A stretch of 60,740 nt of DNA, the filler included, from Catajapyx aquilonaris (Eukaryota), in assembly GCA_000934665.2 (NCBI GenBank). It is 2 parts of 2 records of this genome, joined end to end, with 100 filler letters (N's around TTAATTAATTAA, not from the genome) between each part and the next. Parts side by side here need not be neighbours in the genome. Positions count along the whole stretch, not along the records: positions 1 to 30,305 come from JYFJ02004668.1; positions 30,406 to 60,740 come from JYFJ02004669.1. The stretch is one strand, 5' to 3'. Shown piece by piece: positions 27,201 to 38,885 of this stretch (the first letter of the stretch is position 1; each line of letters starts with the position of its first letter). Made by a program: the position numbers and the translations under genes. The notes under the pieces were generated by a model. The model saw only the letters and a list, made by a program, of their open reading frames with translations, was not told the DNA's origin and did no database searches.

Positions 27201-28173
27201 AAACAGTGTGCCATTTCAGACCATGCTGAAGTTTTTTTTAAACACTACTAAGCAGAGCCTGAGAGTCAAGCCTCTTTACTGCCATAGTGTCCATTGAATC
27301 CCTGACAGTTTTCCCCCCTCCTGTTTTTCTGTTGACCGATGAACTGCTGCAACTACATGGTGCAAAGGGACCAGTGAGTGACATTTTGCCATGGACACAA
27401 GCACTTTTCTTTAGGGTCTGAGAAAAAAGTCTACTGTCCCATTTTTCCTATCCCAACTCTCCCTTGGGTGGAACTACAAGTTAACACAATGGCAGTAATG
27501 CAATATCAGACTTCATGTGTAGATAGCTACTAAATTATAAGTGTACAGAATTTTGAGTTATACTATGCAGTTTACTGCAAAAATACATGCTCTATTTACA
27601 ATTATGGCAGCAAGTTACAGTAACGGGGATTGCACATTACCCAATATTCATCTAAATCTCTCAACATGGGTGTAAGTCTGGCCTAATGTAAAGAGAGTCA
27701 GAAGTAGCATACTAAATACCCACACTTTGTTAAACGAATGTACTACAAATGGGATTTCTCAAAGGCAAAGTTTGGCAATTGTGCATGTTTCCATTAAAAC
27801 TGAAAATGGCTGTCAGGGAGCTTGGGGGTAAAGATGGGGACAAACCCTACAACCCCAATGATGCTGATTGATTGAGTGGGAAGGAGTCAAAAAGCAAATA
27901 CTGGATATTATTAATATATGTTGATAGGTGGGAGAGACAGAGGAATGATGAGAGAAATCAGGCAGGAAAGATTAGTATCCCTCTTTGTCTGTCTCCTACC
28001 CAACAAAATATCTTTCCAGTAAGATTCAATGGGGCAATGCACTTCCTCACCCATCTTTCCACAAGAAGAGTACGAGTACTTACATAGACGGTGCTGATGG
28101 TCAATCCCATAAACAAAACACCCGGCATCAAGTCGCTGCCAAGTTCTTTCATCATGTGGAAGCCAACCATCAT
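12244..28173 (-). CDS. Hypothetical protein of about 177 aa; exons 28084-28173, 12408-12753, 12244-12341
   Basis: A 346-nt open exon (ttcacag acceptor, gtgagt donor) joins through a 66-nt intron to a stop-containing exon. An upstream 90-nt exon with accATGATGG start and gtaagt donor is in phase 0. No recognisable family; the link across the 15-kb intron is inferred. Confidence 0.55.
13259..13707. mobile_element. Tc1/mariner-like foldback MITE
   Basis: CAGGGTGTGAATGAAATAAGTG...CACTTATTTCATTTACACCCTG; arms pair over most of the length. Confidence 0.75.
13869..14064. mobile_element. Tc1/mariner-like MITE
   Basis: CAGGGTGTTCCA...TGGAACACCCTG termini. Confidence 0.65.
14602..15118. mobile_element. 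Nested hAT MITE
   Basis: CAGGGCTATTAAACT...AGTTGAATAACCCTG; 8-bp TSD gaatagac/aaatagac. Confidence 0.75.
15386..15747 (-). mobile_element. tRNA-derived SINE family B, full length
   Basis: GGGGAGG head, A box TGGCCGTGATGG, B box GGTTCGATCCC, A-rich tail, 14-bp TSD ATAGTCTTCCATTT. Confidence 0.88.
16325..16679 (-). mobile_element. tRNA-derived SINE family B, full length
   Basis: A and B boxes, A-rich repeat tail, 10-bp TSD GCTTCTGCAT. Confidence 0.88.
17691..17867. mobile_element. Tigger/pogo-like MITE
   Basis: TA|CAGTTGACTC...GAGTCAACTG|TA. Confidence 0.7.
18653..19198. mobile_element. TA-flanked MITE
   Basis: TATTACCTCTCATAAAGCGGCATGCC and inverted copy GGCATTCCGCTTTATGAGAGGTAATA. Confidence 0.7.
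20509..20979. mobile_element. piggyBac-type MITE
   Basis: TTAA|CCCTTAACTACGTAGGTGG...CCACCTACGTAGTTAAGGG|TTAA, plus a subterminal inverted repeat GGAGCCTGAGAGGCTCC. Confidence 0.88.
21159..21223. repeat. (AAT)n microsatellite, possibly a retroelement tail
   Basis: Direct reading; preceded by AATAAA. Confidence 0.9.
21357..21995 (+). mobile_element. LINE fragment: ORF1 C-terminus plus first codons of ORF2 endonuclease
   Basis: ORF1-like RAHRVG..RKVVVKF..KLKGSNIYVDEDFS..TREVRRQL..VRVDKLV; then VRVLSWNCAG (AP-endonuclease start); flanked by GGTAGGCAGCTCTG direct repeats. Confidence 0.8.
22326..22714. mobile_element. Harbinger-like foldback MITE
   Basis: TTAA/TAA-flanked GCCTCT..ACACGAGGCCACCATGGCAGC and inverted copy. 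Confidence 0.6.
23616..23971 (-). mobile_element. tRNA-derived SINE, family B relative
   Basis: A box TGGCCGAGATGG, B box GGTTCAAATCCC, TSD CTGCGTATTGCAATT. Confidence 0.85.
25499..25663. mobile_element. Palindromic Tc1/mariner-like MITE
   Basis: TA|CAGGGTGACTTTAAAGTCAGGATACATAGG...CCTATGTATCCTGACTTTAGAGTCACCTGG|TA. Confidence 0.75.
25833..26833. mobile_element. About 1-kb TIR element inside a short AATTGAAGGGCTCCATGAAAGAA-ended MITE (about 25783-26856)
   Basis: TAGGGTAAACCAT..GATGGCC / GGCCATC..ATGGTTTACCCTA termini. Confidence 0.6.
26862..27030 (+). mobile_element. tRNA-derived SINE family C (partial copies at about 25137-25255 and 55215-55340)
   Basis: TGGTGTAGTGG A box, GTTTGATCCC B box, shared GTTCTCCCATTTCC body. 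Confidence 0.6.
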
Positions 28174-28559
28174 GGTGTACTTCTGCCTGCAACTGATTAT
28201 ATCAGCAACCTGTGCAATAGAACACTCGTGGCTCCTGCTTGAGGTATAACAGAAAGTTACATACAGACTCGCTTGGAAAGCGTACCGGTCACTGATGCGC
28301 TTGCGGAGTTCTGGACTAGTATGACTTGGAGTGCTGTAAAGGATGGGGGAGGAGGAAGAGAATGGTGTGGTGAGGCGTGAGGGAACAAAATGGCGGGCGA
28401 AGAAGGGCGGCGCTGGGTGGCGCCGCCAGTGGGTGATGCGGGTGATGCACTGATGCCACTTTTTTTTCTCCCAGATGGGAAGAAACCCGCAAGGCGGCGC
28501 TGACCGGCTGAACTGGTCGGAACCAAGCAACGTCGCCAGAGATTGTATTACGTAACTTA

Positions 28560-28720
28560 CATATATCCAAAGCGAGAATAATGGTGTATTCATACGTCTA
28601 TGATGCAAAGTATATAGAATGACTAGAGGTAGCGCCGTTAGAGGCTTGGCCAATCAGCGCGAAGCATCCGCGTGACGTCATCCGGATGACAAAATGTCCC
28701 GCTTATTATGAAAACATGCG
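28560..28720 (-). promoter_or_regulatory. CpG-rich promoter-like region and first exon of the hypothetical gene
   Basis: CCAAT at 28650-28654, palindromic CRE-like TGACGTCA at 28673-28680, and a gtaagt donor at 28560 on the minus strand. Confidence 0.45.
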
Positions 28721-30305
28721 CTCTTCTTCGGGAAACGGGCTTTGTGCCTGCGATTTGAGACGGAAAACCCAAGGGAATGGTCAGTGTACGTGGATTATGA
28801 TTGAGGGCATCACTGTCGCCCACCTACGGAGTGCAAACGGCCGCATGGACCCACTTGGATTGGACCTTCGGTCGCCTCGCCTCGCCGCTGGTCCTTCTAG
28901 AGTCTAGACCGACATTTTTTGACGGAATTATGCGCTTTGAGACTAAATCTATTTTTTCCCGTGTTCTAGGCACCTTATGGAGTTTTTCCAGCGTTGGAGC
29001 AACAACCAAAAGTTACGGGTAATTTTTGTACAGTCACGCCATTTAATTTTTTAAATGCTTAAGTGAAAATCGCGTACTTACTACGTATCTGATGGGGTGT
29101 CGGGTGCGGTATAGTCACTTTGGTGTCATTTCCTAGGTTTTTATGGTCGAGGAACTCAATAATTATGACATTTCGAAACACTCGGAGTGCACGGGTTCCG
29201 AACGGAGCTGGCTGTCGTTTACTGCCATCCCAAGTGCCATCCACCTCTTCTGCGATTATGATAAAATTAAGCTGTTTGCACATTTTACAGAGTTCTGGTG
29301 TTTCAAAGACCTCATCTGGAGTAAATCAAACACTAACTCACCATTCCCTATGTTTTTGCTTGCAGTTGGAGTAATGCGTGTGGAGTAATTCCAACAGTTG
29401 CTGGGAAAAGTTATTACAGTGTGTTCTATGCTATTATTACCTTTTAACATAAAATAAGTAACGAGCTGAAAAGAGAAGAACTTCTTCCTAGTGATGTATA
29501 CACTGTACACCCGATTATCCGGATGCGGATTATCTGTGATTCGGATTATCCGGGCATCGCCAAAACAAATCCAAAAATAAAACAATACAAGTCCGAAAAA
29601 TGTCGATATTTCTGGCAAACAAAAAAAATCATTAGTTTTTTTCTAGAAGGCAAACTAAATACATGGAATGTTTTATGATTTTCATTAAACCTTAAAGTAG
29701 GATACACTATGTAGACTACAGTAGTAGGCGTGTACATTAAAATTGTGTATATGAAAAACCTGTGATTAGCTCGTTACTGTGATGTGTATGACCATTTGCC
29801 GATTATTATCTGTGTTTTCCATTCTGTTATCCAGCAACACCTGTGTAGTTATTATCCCGGCCTATGCGGGAGGCATATTAACAAACTGTACATGGCTAGA
29901 GAGACAGGCGGCCTGAGCCCCGCCCTCCCTCGCCCCAATTGGTCCTGCGTCTGGCGCGCTTTTAAAAACCCCTCTGCTGGCAGGTATAGCCCTTCCTGCA
30001 GCCTTCCTGAGAGCTGCATTTATGTCAATTATCGTTGATTTTTTCATGGTTACCTTAACAAATTGATGCCGGTATCGTTCTTATAGCATCAAAGTACAAG
30101 TGTTTACATCATACAGAGCAGACTGACCATTAGAAAAATGCTTTTCTCCTCCTTTCCGATTGGTTCTCTGTTTGGCCTTTGGTGGTGCATGAATTGCAAA
30201 AGTCCGTGGAATATTAATATGAGATATGGATTTTAAAGCTTGCTTTCTCTGTGTGAGTAACTTCCTGTTTTATTCTTTTAACCAAATACAATACACACCA
30301 CTAAT

Positions 30306-30405
30306 NNNNNNNNNNNNNNNNNNNNNNNNNNNNNNNNNNNNNNNNNNNNTTAATTAATTAANNNNNNNNNNNNNNNNNNNNNNNNNNNNNNNNNNNNNNN
30401 NNNNN
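30306..30405. other. Artificial contig linker / assembly gap
   Basis: Exactly 44 N + TTAATTAATTAA (stop codons in all six frames) + 44 N = 100 bp. Confidence 0.95.
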
Positions 30406-30698
30406 ACAAAGCAAAAAGAAAAACATGCAAAACTGCAAATTAAATTGTTGTTATGACAATTCATGTTCATCATTCATGTTTGTTCACAGGCATTTATATG
30501 AGAATGAACTGAACAAACCTAGGTTAGAATATTATGTGATTTGGTGTGTGGGATTGCAACTTCAGTCAGCACCTGTCATATTTTACAATTGTTCATGAGT
30601 ATTTAGAGACATTAAGTATTGCAACTGAATTTCCAGTGATGGAAGTTGCAAAAGGTTACCAGAAAAATTACACCTTGCATTTCTGAGAAATACCTCAC

Positions 30699-33661
30699 CT
30701 TCTTCATCAGCCGACAATATCATTTCCACAAATTGAAGACATCGCACAGCCACATGCTCTGGTTTAAAAGCAGCCATGACTGAGTTCAAAAGCAGGCCAC
30801 TGAAAAATAAAATACTTTAGAGAAACCACAAAACAAGGCTAGGTGATGTCCATCCTACCTGTTACATTGAACTTTGCATTGATCCATAATATCCACTAGA
30901 AGGCTTTCGGGAGCATTGTGAGCCAAGCAGTGCAAAATCCAATCAAGGGCAGGGCAGTACAATGAGAGATATGTGGACATGGACACCTTCTGTTTACTTA
31001 AATCAGCCTGCACATTATCACATGTCAGCTGAAACAAAGCAAAAAATGAATGATTTGTACAAGACTAGAAACAATTCTTCACACCTGTTTATATGATGCC
31101 ATGAAGTCCGTGAGATTTCGCATAATATAATCCTCTTCATCTGGTGCAACCATCATGCCCACTCTGCACAAATAACACCTAGCATATGTGGCCACCAGGG
31201 GGTCCCCAATACCACGAATAGTTTTGGTCAACCGTAACAAAGTGTAGGCAAATTCTCTGGAAAAAAAGGGAGTCAAATGACTACTTTAACAACTTGCAGC
31301 ATAGTTAACTTACCTCTGTGACAGATAATTGTATGACTTGATGATAGCTACCTCTACGTAAAATCGAGGCAGCAACTCTCGAATTGATGCAATTTTGTAG
31401 AACCAATTACGGCAAGTTTCTTTTGCACTCTCCGGGACCATATCTGGGGTAAAATTATCTGGCAGTGGCGTTGGAACAGTGCTTCCAGGTCTAGAGTTAT
31501 AATGTAAATGTTACAAAAAGTCCTACTTGCATGAGGGAAGGCTTTTTGCTTGTTTTGTAAACTCAAACACATGTAATAGTGATATTTGTGGAGTGTCATC
31601 TTAGACATGGTAAAATTCTACCATTATAACCATTAAAATATTGCAAATATTGCAAATTTATAACTTTCAAACTACGATTTTGGCAACTCAAAGAATAAGT
31701 AGGAAAAAATTGTGGTTACTTTTTCATCTACTATTATTAGCAAGAAATTCCCCTAAAATTTAGCAGATAGCATGATGAAAACAATCCTTGAACATGTCTT
31801 TTCACCACTGCACATATCCAGGGTTGCAAAGTTTAATTGGTGCACATGACTTCTGCTCCAATCCTTCCAGCTTAGGATAATTATCCTTACTTGTAGTATT
31901 CTGCTTTGTTTTTCAGTCTGTCGTACACCAGTCTTCCAAATGTATCCAAAATATCAGTTATGAGTACAAATTTGCTGGGGTAAAACTGTATCACATTGGT
32001 ATCCACAAGCAACTTTGAACACTGGAAAAAATAGTCGAATTAACATTATTTTCTTTTAAAGAACTTCAATGGACATTTAGTTTTACCTGTATAGCTATCT
32101 TGAGGGCTTTTACTCTCTGATCATGCTCCCAAGCCTGAACCAACTCTTGATTCAGCTGCTCAATCCGAGTCACGTACTCCTGTTGGCTTAGATTTAGCAT
32201 CTCTCGTATAGATCCTTCCTCAAAGTCATCCAGTTGCTCCAATCGATGCTTCACTTTGTCTGTCACAGAACTCTGTGTCTTGATCATCACTGAAATGAGT
32301 TGATTATTTTACTCTGAACATATCAACAACCTCACAAGTACCTTTTTCGCCTCCTGATAGGAAACTAGTGACAATTGAAAGTTTTTCTGAGGTAGTATAT
32401 TTGCTCAATATGGACGCCTTCTTCATCGACCATGGATCATACAGTTCACTTATAGAATTGATTTTACTCTTCCCTCTCTTGTTTGGGTAGGCATCCTTCT
32501 GTAAAAATATAATTATATACACACTTGCATTATCTGAGCCGGATCTGAGCTACAGTATGCTAATTGAAAATCTGAACACATAGGAGGAATATTTTTTCAA
32601 CATTCATTAGTCTCAACAGCGAGAGTATGAGATGGCCTGAAATATATTTTCTCTGCAAATTTGTGCCAGGAACAGGGTCCATTGGCATATAGACAGCCTT
32701 TGTTACTTTTTTTTTTGCCACATATTCAGAGGGCCAACCATTCGGAGTAAAAGGAGTGTAGCAGTTATTTTTAACAATTACAAGTAACCTAATCTTGTCT
32801 TATTAGTAATTGCTACATAACCAAAATTTCTATAAGCAGGGTTCCTTTTTAATTGGATCACCCTATACAGTATACAAGATGGGATCAAAGAATTATATAT
32901 CACCATATCATCATGCTGGTTCTCAGCTGCTAGTCTGGAGAGAGGATCCATTTCCTCTTTGACAAACTGACTAAGGGGATCGGTTCCCTCCAAAGCAGCA
33001 GTCAGGGGGTCAGTGAGGGTTGCACGGCGTGGTGTCCCTGGGACGGATGATGTGGCACTACTAGCTGTGCTGCCAACACTCTTCCTCACTAACTTGCTCT
33101 CAGTCATCTGCATAAAGTACTCATCAGTACCTGACAATTATTACACTGTGCAAGAATACTTACACTAATGACCATCCCCCGAAGAGGGTGATCATACACT
33201 TCTTCTCGTGGCAGTCGCCTCCCTAAGGCTTGCTTATCATAATTTCTTGTTCTAGAACTCCTGAAAAAATGAACACTGATTAGTTGGTATTGATGATGAT
33301 GATATCAGTACAACAATTTTTTTACACATTTTGGCTCTGGTTATGCAAACCCATAGTTTGCTACCTACGTTAGTGCATTAGTAGACATGACTGTTCCTCA
33401 AAATTTCCTGAAACTGTACAGTGACTGACAGTGACAGGGTAAATGCACCAAGCATGTACACAACTTTAATGGAAGGACATTGGCCTCACTTGGCACGGTG
33501 ACCAATGTGATTATAATTAGCTATTCGTGTGACTGCCAAAGATTGGTGACATTCAGTAGGGTCCATAAAGGTGAGACACATGTATTGGGGGAATGTTTGA
33601 CCGGGGGATAAGTGGGAGGGCGTAGCAGGCAAGTTTTCACGTACCACTCGTATGCCGCCAT
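30699..33661 (-). CDS. VPS35L: VPS35 endosomal protein-sorting factor-like (Retriever subunit, C16orf62), 3'-partial; exons 33645-33661, 33164-33260, 32904-33107, 32342-32498, 32087-32289, 31891-32021, 31314-31490, 31085-31256, 30859-31028, 30699-30799
   Basis: Spliced peptide MAAYEW|SSRTRNY...DHPL..., DPL repeats, [121 protein letters not shown] matches the recalled VPS35L sequence; all 10 exons are phase-consistent. Confidence 0.96.
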
Positions 33662-33949
33662 GATTCTTCTCACATGCAGCCTTGGAAATAGACAGACACG
33701 TCATCGCCTATGTCTACTACTAGCTCCTAGTTTGATAGGATACCAAGATAACAACCTGGATGTATTGGTTTAGAAGACGTTCGTGATTAGGCCTTCACAT
33801 GGAACTGATTGCCGTTCCTTATTTCTAAGGCGTGCCCAACTACCATTAAGTGCCGAAAAAATCATTCCCGTTGATCTGTGGTTCATCTGCTTATATAGGC
33901 CAACAATGGAACATTTGATCAGCCATCGCATAATCATTGGACGTCCAAC

Positions 33950-33950
<1 letters not shown>

Positions 33951-34017
<67 letters not shown>
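33951..34017. repeat. (AAT)n microsatellite
   Basis: Direct reading. Confidence 0.95.
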
Positions 34018-34018
<1 letters not shown>

Positions 34019-35073
34019 TCGGTGTTACAGTTTGTTCACATTGACAATATGTGGTCAAAGTTCGCATTGTAGGTTGTGATTATAAAAGGTATAAGAATTG
34101 AGGTCGGAGCACATTGAAAAATGTGCTCCGACCTCAATTTCATAGGTCGATGTTTTGCGCGGTATTAGTAGGTTTTGATCTATTTAGTTTAATCCCTATT
34201 TTCCAGATAATAGTGAAATAAATTTTTAACAGTACATAACTGTGGGATTTGTATGTTCCTGATGAGCAAGGTTTCACATTTACCGCCTAATCTGCTATCC
34301 TATATTGCTATATAGCAAGAGCTAATTAGCTCTTGCCCATAGTTTACATGTGGGAGCAACTTCCAGTTGCATTTGTAACTATTTATAATTTATTTTGAGA
34401 CATGACGGGCCGTGTAGGTCTTCGTGCTTAAAAATGAGCCTATGATGTTTTGTTCCAATATTTATCAAGGTATGACCTTTTACAGCCCACACAGCGTAAG
34501 TATAAAAATCCATTATACTCTCATGGTTGCATTCTAAAAATTCCTGAAAGGAATACAACAGACACCTTGCTCCTTGGCGAAAATCCTTCATTAGCTAGAC
34601 TATACAGAGGCCATGTAGTGCGTGTTTGTTTTCCGGGAATTTTCCGTCACTTTGCCAAAATGAAGCAATCAGTCTCGTATGACATCAATGTGTGACCATG
34701 CTGGCGCAAAATACCCACCTGATTTATTATTTCCTTTTGGAAGCTTCGGTTGAACCAGGTGGTCCTAATAATATTGGTAGGCTAACCTCTAACACTTGTT
34801 GTTAGCAACAAAGGTAAGATTTTTAAATATCGTATATGAATGTGACCATTGGAAAGACCATAACGGCATAATGGAATATTATCTGCACCCCCCCCCCTTA
34901 GTGGAATGTCGATAGAAAAACCATCAATTTACTTAGGAAATCATAATAAGGCCTACAAAATTAAGTCAATACCGCGCAGTGTAATAAACATGCTGAAATA
35001 TTCGTAAACTTTTTATTTACACTTGATTGCTCAAAGAACCAGAACCTTGCATTATTTCTGGAATGCAAATTAA

Positions 35074-37593
35074 TTACGGCCTGGATACAATACCATGCCG
35101 TCCGACTTGAATTAGGCTGTGATAGAAACAATAAATTCCAATACACAGAAGTGATACAGTGCTCATGGAGAAAACCACAAGACTCCAATAACAGGTCATG
35201 CTCATCTCGCATTTTCTTGAAACTTGATAATCATGTTGCCCAGTATGAACTGGAAAAAAAACATCAGAACAATAACTTAATCATTTATTCCCCTTTTCCA
35301 TAATCAATAAGTGCTTCTTCCATTTCCCATGTGACAAAGGCGTTGTAATGACTTCCGGGTATGTTATTATTTAATTACCTGCCAGAGGCATATCTGACGA
35401 CATCAGCTCGATATCGATAGTCCTCGACATTAAAATTCTCTTCTCAACAACCACCTCAGCAACGTCACGACGTTGCCGCTTCCTGATTTTATTGAAGGGG
35501 CTATAAGAGTCTCTGAAATATTAAAATTGACATGTAGTGACAATCACACATTTTCTCAAGTGCATTTACCTGCATGTCGTTGTGATTGGACATTTCTTGA
35601 AGCAAACTTGTAGTTCGCAGCCAATAGTGATTCTTCCCGTGGTTGGCAACCTGAAACCCTATTGAAAATAGTAGGTAATCAGTGTCATCCTTGTCATATG
35701 GTATTACCCAGCTCACCTTAAAATTGACCCATTGCACCACATTCTGTCGCCAACTGTTGTCAATACGCCTTTTGAAAACGTTGCTAAATATATCTCGTCT
35801 CGATGAGCACCCTTTATTGATGATGGAAATTCGATTGCCTCCAGAGTAACCGTATTTTTTGGTTGTGCTAAACGCTGCCCATAAGGAAGAAACATGAACA
35901 AAAGAAGCTTGTGCAATTTTCGACTGGCGTTTGAAAACCAGTTTGAAGTTGTAAAACAAGTTGTCACTTTACCTTCCAGTGCAACGCATGAAACTATGTT
36001 GGCGTCAAAAAAAAGGTACTTGTGGTAGGCTTGAATAATCAGTATGAGTGGTTGAGACACGCGGAAAATGTAATTACTTGATGACTGAATTTCTGGATCA
36101 CCTCCTGCTTGAATTTCCATAAATGCTTGGATTTCTACAAAGAAAATAATTGAAACCTCCATTAGCAGTTTAGCACATATTTTTAAATAAATGGCAGACG
36201 TAGTGTTAGCACATGCCTGAATCCAAAATGAAAAAGTGCATCGTATATCTCTAAATAAGGAAATTGCACAAATGGAATGGCAAGAAATAAATGTCATATG
36301 TACCGGTTCCTCCGCATGTTATGGCGCTATTACCCTCCGGTCTTTCGTGTAAGTTATCTAATCCATATGAGAACAAAAAACAATCAAGTTTGATGCGCAA
36401 CTCGCTATACAAACGTTTAGATGCACTTGTCAGTTGCAAAATCTTCCATTAGACCCGTTAAAAAGGCGTGAAGGGATGCCCCCAAAAACCTTCCCCTTTC
36501 CAGTCCAAAGCACCATGTGGAAAGTGCTTACAAAACTTTCTCACTTTGATCATTTTTCAGCCTCGGACATGAATAACTGTCTTCTGCATGTGTTCAATAC
36601 AACCAAGCCCAACTCTTTAAGTCTTTGGATAAGAAAGCTACCGTTATGTCGAAAGTTGCAATGCACATGCAACATGAAGTGACCAGAACATTGTTTTGTT
36701 ACGTAAGTGCTACCAACTTCATGCATTTTTTGTTACGAGTTTATCACAACCATTCTTACACCTGGACCGTGACAGTGAAGTAATATACTGGTACCTGTGT
36801 GGATTGTTTTTCCGCTGTCATCTACTTGAACATGAACGGTCTTATTATAAGCAGCAGGAATCTCACATCGCACCTGTACATTCACGTCTCCTTCAGTCAC
36901 TAATTCTCTATCATACTGGATCACCAAACGTTGCTGGAAAAGATGCTAGTCAGTCCGCGTTTCTTGGACACAAGGTCACATAATGCTGGCTATACCTCAA
37001 TCACAGAATCTTCATATATCCAAAGGTGCCTTCCTGAGCCATTCACAACTTGTCCGCAGTGTCCTAAACCCACTTGTAACTGGAGGATGGTGTCGCCTAT
37101 TCCAATCCATGGTATGCACTCTTGGAACTGTCTGTCCAGGTAGACATAGCCGGTGAATGGATAGGTAAATCTAGGGATGCAAATTAGTAATTAGTGTCAA
37201 GCGTATTCGATTTCATATTGCGTACTTACAACAGGGTGACGTTTATGAGAAGGGGATGACTGCAATCAATATGAGCTGAGACTTGGTTACCATGGGGAGG
37301 TAGATAATTGACTGTGTCGAGAGAGCCTAAAGGTAAGGATACTGAGCAATTTATATGGAAAATATTTAAGTATGTAGGTATGGGATCTTACCCGATTCTT
37401 TGGCTTTCTTTTTAGGGCCCGATGCAAGCACGAACAATATGCACTGTAAAAATAATCGTTGTGCTTTGTGAAAATATGCACAATATGGCATAATAAATGG
37501 AGGTATGAGAAGCATATTACTTACGTAAAATATTAACACAGAGGAACTTCCCATGTCGACCGCGGCAGCTTTGTGACTGAGCATTTTAGGCAT
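35074..37593 (-). CDS. Zona pellucida (ZP)-domain transmembrane protein, cuticlin-like, about 424 aa; exons 37525-37554(37593), 37392-37443, 37230-37326, 36996-37170, 36795-36933, 36545-36583, 36304-36357, 35973-36134, 35717-35874, 35570-35658, 35379-35482, 35074-35249
   Basis: Signal-like MGSSSVLIFYCILFVLAS; ZP-N (IDCSHPLLINVTLLFTYPFTGYVY..C..GHCG..LVIQYDRELVTEGD..VRC); ZP-C (AFMEIQ..SCVA..NKGCS..NFKGFRLP..GCELQVCFKKCP..C); furin site RKRQRR; C-terminal TM helix (WSLVVFSMSTVSLLCIGIYCFY). The two small linker exons are tentative. Confidence 0.88.
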
Positions 37594-38214
37594 ATCTACA
37601 TCAGGCGTGCGCCAGTTGCCACCTCAATGGTATTTTTTATCTGAAATGATGGGATGATTGAACAATAAAATTGGGTGCGTATACTTATCTAAAGGATCCG
37701 ACAGACTCCCATGTAATTAATGACGAATATTGTACTACATACTAAGCTGCTATTCAAGAGCCCATCACATTTTAATTTCTAATTGCTAAGCGCATCAGCC
37801 CACAATTATCATTAGAATTATTGCAGTTTCACTGGTGAGTTGTAATCTACTGAAGATGATTCACGTTTCCAGGCCCCAATGACTCAATGAGTCTGTAAAA
37901 CCGGTTTTGTCTCTGCTGCTCCAAAGCATACAGCAGAGGACAGCCATCATAATATTGACGTACTCCACCATACAATGCAGTTGAAGAAGAGACATCGGTT
38001 TTACACTGGACTCGTTGCAACTGTTCTCACCTTTGTCCGTCTTCAGCCTTTTGTTCGAGTTAGTAAAGCCTTCTTGTATTCAATCAATTGTTGCATATTA
38101 TCGATTTTTCTATAAATTGTGGTTGCAGCTTTTGTTTCCCAGTCATAGTGGTCATAGTCAGTGTCAGTATCTTAAACTTCAAAGAAAACCTTGGCAGTGA
38201 CTTTTATGCATGTA

Positions 38215-38438
38215 AAGTGTTTTCCAAGTATCCGAGTCCTTTTAGTTATCGCAATTTTTTCCCCGAAGTTGTTTTTTTGTGTAGCTTTTGCCCCCGATTG
38301 AGGTGCCCCATTATAATATAATTGGAATTATAATATAATTATAATGGAGCACCTCAATCGGGACGTAAAAGCTACACAAAAATAACAACTTTGGGCGTTT
38401 GCGATAACTAAAAGGACCCAATACTTGGAACACACTGT
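38215..38438. mobile_element. Palindromic MITE
   Basis: Arms AGTGT..CCAAGTAT..TTTAGTTATCGCAA..GTAGCTTT..CCCGATTGAGGTGC and complement. Confidence 0.7.
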
Positions 38439-38846
38439 ATAATTATATTTTTGATTAATTACAAGTGAGAGTGCTGTTTTAGGTTATTTGCATGTTATAT
38501 TTGCGCAACTAGACCCGTAATGAGGAAGTATAAAAACATCACGTCACGACAAGCTAAGGAAATGAGTTTATTTGGGTTCACTTGACACAGTATTCAGGAA
38601 AGGTCCAAAACTTACAATTTTATTATTATTATTATTTTAGATGTTATTCTTGTAAAAGCTTCCATACCCGCATTGCTAACATTTGATAAGACCCTAATAT
38701 TAAAGGAACATGATGCTAAAACTACACTAATTATTGTATGCTGTAGGTCACCTTGACTTGCCCTCTGCGGGATCAATGTTTTTTTAAAAAATAACTGGTC
38801 CATTCTGGGTCATAGTGTTTGTAGGTTTCTGCAAGTATATCTATTC

Positions 38847-38885
<39 letters not shown>

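Noticed and set aside
27958..28653. 231-aa single-exon ORF
   Set aside because: Reads through strong gtaagt donors at 28560 and 28083; only the 28084-28173 part looks exonic
30406..30698. VPS35L as a truncated pseudogene
   Set aside because: All exons are intact; the truncation coincides with the artificial linker
35501..36297. 152-aa and 194-aa ORFs as independent genes
   Set aside because: They are exon-plus-intron read-throughs of the ZP gene
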